A stretch of 24,291 nucleotides of DNA from a virus (lineage: Duplodnaviria; Caudoviricetes). The stretch spans positions 1 through 24,291 of IMG/VR virus record IMGVR_UViG_3300037419_000644; one strand, given 5' to 3'. A program made the position numbers and the translations under genes. Shown in pieces: positions 18,311-24,291 of the stretch (position 1 is the stretch's first letter; each line of letters opens with the position of its first letter). The notes under the pieces were generated by a model that was not told the DNA's origin, did not search any database, and saw only the letters and a list, made by a program, of their open reading frames with translations.

Positions 18311-18584
18311 TTTTGAATTTCTAGACGAGGCGGCATTTAGATATGTCACACGAGTCAGAAATGGAAAAGTCATTCGACGCGCCAAAGTCAAAACTGTTAA
18401 GAGAAAAGGATATAAACTCCGTGGTAACAGATTGGTGCGAGAAAGTGCGGCTGAAATTCGAAACAGACGTCGTGCGGCGATTAAAGCTACAAGGAAGCGT
18501 AGGTCTAAACGCTCCCAATCAAACAGAAAGCGTGCAAGATCACTCCTAAAGAGACAAAGATTGCATCTAAAGAGGAAAAGATAA
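18285..18584 (+). CDS. gp68: prohead core protein gp68-like (start uncertain)
   Basis: FLDE followed by a very Arg/Lys-rich region ending R.R..AIKA.RKR.......RKR.RSL.KR..L.L, like the gp68 C-terminus; directly before gp21. Confidence 0.75.
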   Translation: MTQPLSTDDFEFLDEAAFRYVTRVRNGKVIRRAKVKTVKRKGYKLRGNRLVRESAAEIRNRRRAAIKATRKRRSKRSQSNRKRARSLLKRQRLHLKRKR

Positions 18585-19244
18585 ATGATCCTATTAACAG
18601 AAGAGATCAACGACATTGAATATTTGACTGAAGGTACCGGCGCGAACAAGGCTTATTATATTACTGGCCCCTTCATTCAGCCTGGTGTCAAGAATGGCAA
18701 TGATCGTATCTACCCAGAACACGTTATGGATCGTGAAGTAGAGTCTTACACCAAGAAATATATCAATGAAAATCGTGCTTTCGGAGAACTGGGTCATCCC
18801 GATGGTCCAAAGATCAATCTTGATCGTGTCTCTCACATCATCAAGAGCCTAAAGAAAGAAGGACGCGATTACTATGGTAAAGCAAAGATTATGGACACCC
18901 CTTATGGCAAGATTGTCAAGAACTTTCTTGATGAAGGTGCTAAAATTGGTGTTTCTACTCGTGGTGTTGGCACTGTTACCAAGAAGAATGGAATTGCCTA
19001 TATTAATGAAGACTACCGACTATCCACTGCCGCCGATATCGTAGGAGACCCATCAGCCCCGGATGCTTTTGTCCAAGGTCTAAGAGAATCCAAGGAATGG
19101 ATGCTGATTGATGGGGTCTATGAAGAAGTGGATGCTGAAAAGGCGAAGAAAATGTTGCTGGAAGCACACAGCAGCCAGCTAAATGAAGTCAAGATCACTC
19201 TTTTGGAAGGCTTTTTCAACAAGCTTGCCAAAGGAAAGAAGTAA
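18585..19244 (+). CDS. gp21: prohead protease gp21
   Basis: M.L.TE; YI.GPF.Q..VKN.N.R.YP; RAFGELGHP.GP.INLDRVSH.I; GKAKI.DTP.G; GVSTRG.G; AADIV.DPSAPDAFV.G..E.KEW. Confidence 0.97.
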   Translation: MILLTEEINDIEYLTEGTGANKAYYITGPFIQPGVKNGNDRIYPEHVMDREVESYTKKYINENRAFGELGHPDGPKINLDRVSHIIKSLKKEGRDYYGKAKIMDTPYGKIVKNFLDEGAKIGVSTRGVGTVTKKNGIAYINEDYRLSTAADIVGDPSAPDAFVQGLRESKEWMLIDGVYEEVDAEKAKKMLLEAHSSQLNEVKITLLEGFFNKLAKGKK

Positions 19245-19256
19245 ACCAATCCTAAC

Positions 19257-19264
19257 CCTAAATA
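19257..19264 (+). promoter_or_regulatory. late promoter variant CCTAAATA upstream of gp22
   Basis: Intergenic, followed by SD AAGGAG and ATG 19299. Confidence 0.65.
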
Positions 19265-19298
19265 CCAACGTAATTTGAAATCAAGGAGTTTCGTCCTA

Positions 19299-20906
19299 AT
19301 GTCTAAAAAGAATATCACTGATCTAGCACGTTCAATCATGGAAGGCAAGACAAAGACCTTGTCTGAAGGCGCTGACCCATTGGAAAACGTGAACGACCTA
19401 GGTCCTGCTATTGTTCACCCTCTGCAGTCACGTGGCAAGGACTATGGTTCTGGCGTGTCTGGTGGTAAGGACGGAACAATCCCTGGTTCAAGCAAGCCAG
19501 GTGAAAAGTACAACCCAACCAACAAAGACCCTGATCCAAAGGGTGATGTTAAGCCTAACGTAAATTCCAAGGATCATACGATTCCTGGTTCTGAAAAGCC
19601 AGGTGAAAAGTTTGACCCAACCAACAAAGGTAAGGGTGACGACAAGTCTGGTAACCCTGCTGATGGTCCAACAGGTGGTAAGGGTAAGGGCGAACCTTAT
19701 AACCCAACACATCGTACACAGTCCGTCAAGGAAGAAATTCTATCCGAACTTTCTAAGAATACACTTAGCTCATATGTCAAGAAAGCTGCTTCTGATAGAT
19801 CAATGTTGTCACCAATAACTCATAGCGCTGACACCAAAGGGGCTCAAAAGAAACGCGATAATCGTCGTAAAGGAGTCTCTCTCGCTTTTAATAAGCTAAC
19901 CAAAGAAGATGTAGAAGCAATCATGAACTTCATTGGTGGTGAAATCAATGAAGAAAATCTAGAAGCATTGGATGCAAACAAAAGAAATGAATTGTTGTCA
20001 TTCTTTGAATCATTGGAAGACGGCACATCTCTTCTTGAAGTATCCAAAGATGACGACGATGATGACGATGACGATAAGGATGATTCAAAGGATAAAGACG
20101 ATGACAAGGACGATGATGGCGACAAGGCAGACAAATTCAAGAAGCTAAAGGAAGCTCGTGAAGCTGCTGATCGTGCAATCGCTGAACACGTCGATGCAAT
20201 GCTTTCTGGAGAAAACCTAACAGAAGAATTCCAGAAGAAAGCAAAGACAATCTTCGAAGCTGCCGTAGCAGAACGTGAAGCAGTTCTCCGAGAAGAAATC
20301 GAAGCTGAATTCGCTGGCAAGCTTGAAGAAGCCATTGAAGAAATCAAGACCGATCTTGAAGCAAAAGTTGACGATTACATGTCATACTGTGCCAAGGAAT
20401 GGTTGAAGGAAAATGAACTAGCAGTTGAATCATCAACCAAGGTTCAATTGAGCGATGACTTCCTAAATGGTCTACGTAGCCTATTCATTGAACATCACAT
20501 CAATATTCCAACTGAAAAGGTTGATGTTGTTGAAGAATTGTCCTCTGAAGTAGAAGAATTGGAAGGCAAGCTAAACGAAGAGATTGCCAAGAATGTCGAA
20601 GTCCAGAAGGAAGTTTCTGAACTACGTCGTGAAAGAATGGTAATCGAAGCATGTGCTGGTCTAACAACCACTCAAGCTTCCAAAGTCATGAAATTGGTTG
20701 AAGGTATTTCTGCTGAAACTGACGATGAATTCAAGTCTAAGCTTTCAACAATCGTTGAATCTTATACTGGAACAAAGCCACCAGTCGGAAAGACCGTTGT
20801 AGAAGATAAGGATCCAGCTTCTAACGAAAAGAAGGAAGAAGTTGATAATCCAATGTCAAAGTACGTGTCCGCTGCAAAGCGCCATTCACCTTGGCAGAAG
20901 CTCTAA
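19299..20906 (+). CDS. gp22: prohead scaffolding/core protein gp22 with long N-terminal extension (start moved to ATG 19299)
   Basis: V.A.LSGE.LTEEF..KA.TIFEAAV; VD.Y..Y...EW..ENE.AVE; F..GL..LF.EH.I..P.EK.DVVEEL; PM..YV.A; located between gp21 and gp23. Confidence 0.93.
   Translation: MSKKNITDLARSIMEGKTKTLSEGADPLENVNDLGPAIVHPLQSRGKDYGSGVSGGKDGTIPGSSKPGEKYNPTNKDPDPKGDVKPNVNSKDHTIPGSEKPGEKFDPTNKGKGDDKSGNPADGPTGGKGKGEPYNPTHRTQSVKEEILSELSKNTLSSYVKKAASDRSMLSPITHSADTKGAQKKRDNRRKGVSLAFNKLTKEDVEAIMNFIGGEINEENLEALDANKRNELLSFFESLEDGTSLLEVSKDDDDDDDDDKDDSKDKDDDKDDDGDKADKFKKLKEAREAADRAIAEHVDAMLSGENLTEEFQKKAKTIFEAAVAEREAVLREEIEAEFAGKLEEAIEEIKTDLEAKVDDYMSYCAKEWLKENELAVESSTKVQLSDDFLNGLRSLFIEHHINIPTEKVDVVEELSSEVEELEGKLNEEIAKNVEVQKEVSELRRERMVIEACAGLTTTQASKVMKLVEGISAETDDEFKSKLSTIVESYTGTKPPVGKTVVEDKDPASNEKKEEVDNPMSKYVSAAKRHSPWQKL
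19467..19629 (+). repeat. two imperfect direct repeats (102-nt period) in the gp22 N-terminal extension
   Basis: KDGTIPGSSKPGEKYNPTNK and KDHTIPGSEKPGEKFDPTNK, plus a partial third GEPYNPT. Confidence 0.85.
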
Positions 20907-20929
20907 GTGACTAACAAAGATCACTAAGT

Positions 20930-20961
20930 AAAAAGCCGTCAATCCAATTGGATTGACGGCT
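20930..20961 (-). terminator. perfect 28-bp palindrome with A-run on its left; terminator-like on the minus strand
   Basis: AGCCGTCAATCC-AATT-GGATTGACGGCT at 20934-20961, preceded by an A-run (U-tract on the minus strand). No clean U-tract follows on the + strand. Confidence 0.55.
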
Positions 20962-20971
20962 GAATTTATAA

Positions 20972-21029
20972 GTGGATCACGGGATTGGCGTCCCTACCCA
21001 CACTATCGTCTGGAGGGACAACAGCTATG
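20972..21029 (+). promoter_or_regulatory. structured 5' leader of GIY-YIG endonuclease gene
   Basis: GTGGAT/ACCCAC stem, CAC/T internal loop, GGGA/TCCC stem with TTGGCG loop, then a GTC/GAC hairpin around SD GGAGG. Confidence 0.6.
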
Positions 21030-21749
21030 CAGATATTTAGTATATATAAAGCAACGAATAAAATAAATGGTAAATCATATATTGAATACACAAAAGATTT
21101 TGATTATAGGAAAAAACGACATATAGAAGATAGCCGCTATATACAAAATAAATTTTATATTGCAGTAAAAGAATTTGGTTGGGATAGTTTCGAATGGGAA
21201 ATCATCTGTCAATCCTTAGATGGTAAATATCTCTTAAACGAAATGGAACCATATTTTATACAATATTATGATAGCCATCTAAATGGATATAATTCCACAA
21301 AGGGTGGCGAAGGTATCAAGGTTTTGGTTCACTCCGAGGTAACTAAGAAAAAAATTAGTGCATCAAAAACTGGAATACCTCGTGATAGTGATACCAAGAG
21401 AAAACTAAGTATATCTATGAAAGGTAATTCGAAGGGTTGGACTGCTGAAAGACGGATGAAACAATCCGAAATAACCAGAAAACAGAATTTAGGTAGGAAA
21501 CTATCCGAAGAAACCAAAAATAAAATGAGTATTTCTTTAAAGGGGAAACCGCGCAAGTGGACCAATGAATTTAGAGAAAAAAAGAGTTTAGAGATTACTA
21601 TGCGGAATCTGGGTTCCAAACATTCTCCTGAAAGAATAGCTAAAGCTGTTGAAGGAAGACGTAGGGCCTATGAACAAAAGAAATTATTATCAACCAACGG
21701 AATTGTCAAATACAACAAAAACAATGTTGACATTCCTCAACTAACTTAA
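21027..21749 (+). mobile_element. free-standing GIY-YIG (Seg-like) endonuclease with NUMOD3 repeats; YIG motif reads YIE
   Basis: SIYKATNKINGKSYIEYT; R..RH; LNEME..FI; NGYNSTKGGEG; HSEVTKKKIS, LSEETKNKMS, HSPERIAK. SD GGAGG 10 nt before ATG 21027. Confidence 0.88.
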
Positions 21750-21760
21750 GGAGACCTCCA

Positions 21761-23110
21761 ATTTATCTCTCAGAAGAAAATGAAAAGAAATGGGGCGAAT
21801 TGCTTGACTTGGATGGTCTTCCATCCATCAAGGACCCATACCGTCGTGCGGTCACTGCTCTTGTCCTAGAAAACCAGGAAAAGGCATGCCGTGCAGACGC
21901 TCAGATTCTTAACGAATCTGCACCAACCAACTCAACTGGTGCTGGTGTTTCCAACTTCGACCCAATCCTAATCTCATTGGTTCGTCGTGCTCTACCTAAC
22001 TTGATCGCTTACGATATCTGCGGCGTCCAGCCAATGACAGGTCCAACAGGCTTGATCTTCGCAATGCGTTCACGTTACAACGACAACACAACAAGCCGTA
22101 TTGCATCTGTTGAAGCTCTATTCAACGAAGTCAATACCAAGTATTCCAACAACAACCAGATTAACGCTAACACCAATATTCAAAATGGTCTTTCTAGCGA
22201 TCCTATCTCAAATGGTGCTGTTGGTAACTCAAACGTATACTGGTCAAATACTGGTCAGGGTATGTCAACTGCAACTGGTGAAGCTCTTGGTGACTCTGTT
22301 TCCAACGCATTCGCTGAAATGCAGTTCACTATCGAAAAGATCAACGTCACCGCTGTTACACGTGCGTTGAAGGCTGAATACTCACTAGAACTTGCTCAGG
22401 ACTTGAAGGCAATTCATGGTCTTGACGCTGAAGCAGAATTGTCCAACATTCTTTCAACTGAATTGTTGGCTGATATCAACCGTGAAGTTGTCCGTTCCAT
22501 CTATTCTTCTGCAACACTTGGTGCTGCATACGGAACAGCAACTGCCGGTATCTTCGACCTTGACGTTGACTCAAATGGTCGTTGGTCAGTAGAACGCTTC
22601 AAGGGTATGATTTTCCAGCTAGAACGTGAAGCTAACGCTATTGCCAAGGCAACCCGTCGTGGTAAGGGTAACATCATCATCGCTTCCGCTGACGCAGTGT
22701 CCGCTATGGCAATGGCTGGTGTTCTATCTTACACACCTGCTCTAAATCCAAACCTACAGGTCGATGACACTGGCAACACATTTGCTGGTACTCTATTCGG
22801 CTTCAAGGTTTACATCGATCCATACTTCGGTGGTTCTGTAAACGGCTATGAATTGATCACTGTCGGCTATAAGGGTTCATCCCCTTACGACGCTGGTTTG
22901 TTCTACTGCCCATACGTTCCTCTACAGATGGTTCGTGCGGTCGATCCAGGCACATTCCAGCCAAAGATCGGGTTCAAGACACGTTATGGTCTTGTCGCCA
23001 ACCCATTCGCAACTAACCAGGCTGATGGTGTGGTAATGGGTCGCTCACAGGGCGGCACAGCTTACCAGAACAAATATTATAGGCTAATAGGAGTGAAGAA
23101 CCTCATGTGA
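21761..23110 (+). CDS. gp23: major capsid protein gp23 (probable ATT start at 21761)
   Basis: KW..LLD...LP.I.DPYRRAVTA.VLENQE; FDPILISLVRR..PNLIAYDICGVQPMTGPTGLIFAMR; RALKAEYS.ELAQDLKAIHGLDAE.EL; YDAGLFYCPYVPL; FQPKIGFKTRYG; ends VKNLM. Confidence 0.98.
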   Translation: MYLSEENEKKWGELLDLDGLPSIKDPYRRAVTALVLENQEKACRADAQILNESAPTNSTGAGVSNFDPILISLVRRALPNLIAYDICGVQPMTGPTGLIFAMRSRYNDNTTSRIASVEALFNEVNTKYSNNNQINANTNIQNGLSSDPISNGAVGNSNVYWSNTGQGMSTATGEALGDSVSNAFAEMQFTIEKINVTAVTRALKAEYSLELAQDLKAIHGLDAEAELSNILSTELLADINREVVRSIYSSATLGAAYGTATAGIFDLDVDSNGRWSVERFKGMIFQLEREANAIAKATRRGKGNIIIASADAVSAMAMAGVLSYTPALNPNLQVDDTGNTFAGTLFGFKVYIDPYFGGSVNGYELITVGYKGSSPYDAGLFYCPYVPLQMVRAVDPGTFQPKIGFKTRYGLVANPFATNQADGVVMGRSQGGTAYQNKYYRLIGVKNLM

Positions 23111-23116
23111 GTTATA

Positions 23117-23140
23117 CATCTTATGTAATTACATAAGATG
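23117..23140. repeat. perfect 24-bp palindrome
   Basis: CATCTTATGT-AATT-ACATAAGATG, 6 nt after the gp23 stop. Confidence 0.85.
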
Positions 23141-23151
23141 ATCCACAAAAG

Positions 23152-23183
23152 AAAAAATGGGAACCTTGTGTTCCCATTTTTTT
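23152..23183 (+). terminator. rho-independent terminator after gp23 (likely bidirectional)
   Basis: AAAAAATGGGAAC-CTTGT-GTTCCCATTTTTTT. Confidence 0.9.
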
Positions 23184-23228
23184 ATGTTACAATTACATAT
23201 ATTAAATAAATTGAAAACAAGGTAAATA

Positions 23229-23906
23229 ATGACTGTATATCATAATCATCACATTATACCAAGACATATGAATGGAACCGATGATCCATCAAATATTGAA
23301 CGTGTTACCATTGAAGAACATGCAGAGCGCCATAAAGCTCTTTATGAACAATATGGATACGAACAAGATCGTATTGCCTGGCTTTCTCTTTCTGGTCAAA
23401 TCTCTCAGGCTGAAGCGATCAAACTTTCACAACAAGCCCCTAAAAGCGAAAGATGGAAAGCCACTATGTCAGAAAGAATGGCTGGTGAGAATAATCCTAG
23501 ATATGGTAAAACATACGTTATGAATGAAGAAACAAAAGAAAAAATTTCTCAAACAATGAAACAGGAATACCAAAATAATTCTGAGAGACGGAAAAATCTT
23601 GATTGGACTGGTCGTAGCCATTCACCTGAAACCATCGAAAAGATTTCTCGTAAGAGAAAAGGTAAAGGTCTTTGGAAAGGAACTGATCGTCAATCTGGTA
23701 TGATTGGTAAATCTCAATCCGAACACCAGAAATCTACAGTCAAGGAACTATTTTCCAAGAAGTGGAAAGTGACCACACCAACAGGTGAGACAATCGAAGT
23801 CGTCAATCTCAGACAATATTGTGCTGATCTAGGATTCAATCCAGCAACAGCATTCAGCAATATGTCACGTGGTGATTACAAAGGTTATAAGGCAATACGC
23901 CAATGA
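23229..23906 (+). mobile_element. free-standing HNH homing endonuclease (Mob-like) with NUMOD3-like repeats
   Basis: YH.HHIIPRHM.GTDDPSNI...TIEEHAE.H..LYE.YG...D.IAW..L.G; GENNP.YGK; HSPETIEKIS; C-terminal TP.GE...V.NL.QYC. Confidence 0.9.
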
Positions 23907-24085
23907 AAAGACTAGGAATCGAACAAGTTATCAAACTCTGTAGACCTTGGTGTCATCACATGGAGAGACCCATTAATTCAGAAGGTTGGTGGTGTTCTTA
24001 TTATTGTGCAGAAACACCATTATCTGGTGAATTGTTTTGTCTAGCACATAGACCAAAGAATTATAAAAAATTCAATGAAACATAA
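23903..24085 (+). CDS. small Cys/His-rich hypothetical protein
   Basis: ATGA overlap with the HNH stop; 5 Cys; ends YC.....SG..FC..H. Confidence 0.5.
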   Translation: MKRLGIEQVIKLCRPWCHHMERPINSEGWWCSYYCAETPLSGELFCLAHRPKNYKKFNET

Positions 24086-24281
24086 ACCAGCACGACTTAA
24101 AAAACCATCAAGAAATCATTCTGTTGCGGAACTCTTGCATATAGTAGCAAGAAAGCGACGTGCTCATGAACGTGGATATCAACCAAATACCTTCAGAGTG
24201 TTGGAATATCCCAAATATTATGCTCATAGATTGAGACACAGAAACTTTCTCAATAAATTCCTAGGGAAATACAAACCATGA
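24075..24281 (+). CDS. small basic hypothetical protein
   Basis: 68 aa, K/R-rich, overlaps the previous ORF by 11 nt; no motif recognised. Confidence 0.45.
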   Translation: MKHKPARLKKPSRNHSVAELLHIVARKRRAHERGYQPNTFRVLEYPKYYAHRLRHRNFLNKFLGKYKP

Positions 24282-24291
24282 TAGACTATGC

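Noticed and set aside
20048-20123. GAY-rich microsatellite-like tract
   Set aside because: It encodes the acidic Asp/Lys tract typical of T4-like prohead core proteins.
1-24291. Stop-codon reassignment
   Set aside because: TAA, TAG (gp13) and TGA (gp14, gp23) all terminate conserved genes at the expected positions.
23111-24291. Absence of gp24 after gp23
   Set aside because: Common in non-T-even T4-like phages, and the gene may lie outside the window.

Overview
This window is the late (virion morphogenesis) region of a T4-like myophage. All credible genes lie on the + strand in T4 order: the tail of a 2OG-Fe(II) oxygenase, two small ORFs, a 979-aa coiled-coil fiber at the fibritin (wac) position, then gp13, gp14, gp15, gp16, gp17, gp18, gp19, gp20, an expanded gp67...gp68 prohead-core interval, gp21, gp22 and gp23. 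Five free-standing homing endonuclease genes (3 HNH, 2 GIY-YIG) sit after gp17, gp18, gp19, gp22 and gp23, and T4-type late promoters (xxTAAATA) precede several genes. Main observations: (1) a cluster of small proteins with capsid-targeting-like N-termini between portal and protease, including a HiPIP-like 4-Cys protein, an EF-hand protein and a His-rich protein; (2) a basic module (E[IL]S..TL.SY..KA...R..G[IV]..A..K[LV]) present six times in four head proteins, each copy preceded by a gp21-type L-x-E cleavage site; (3) a shared structured leader with an antisense late promoter in front of two unrelated homing endonucleases; (4) an apparent ATT start codon for the major capsid gene. All family assignments come from motif recognition by eye; no searches were run.
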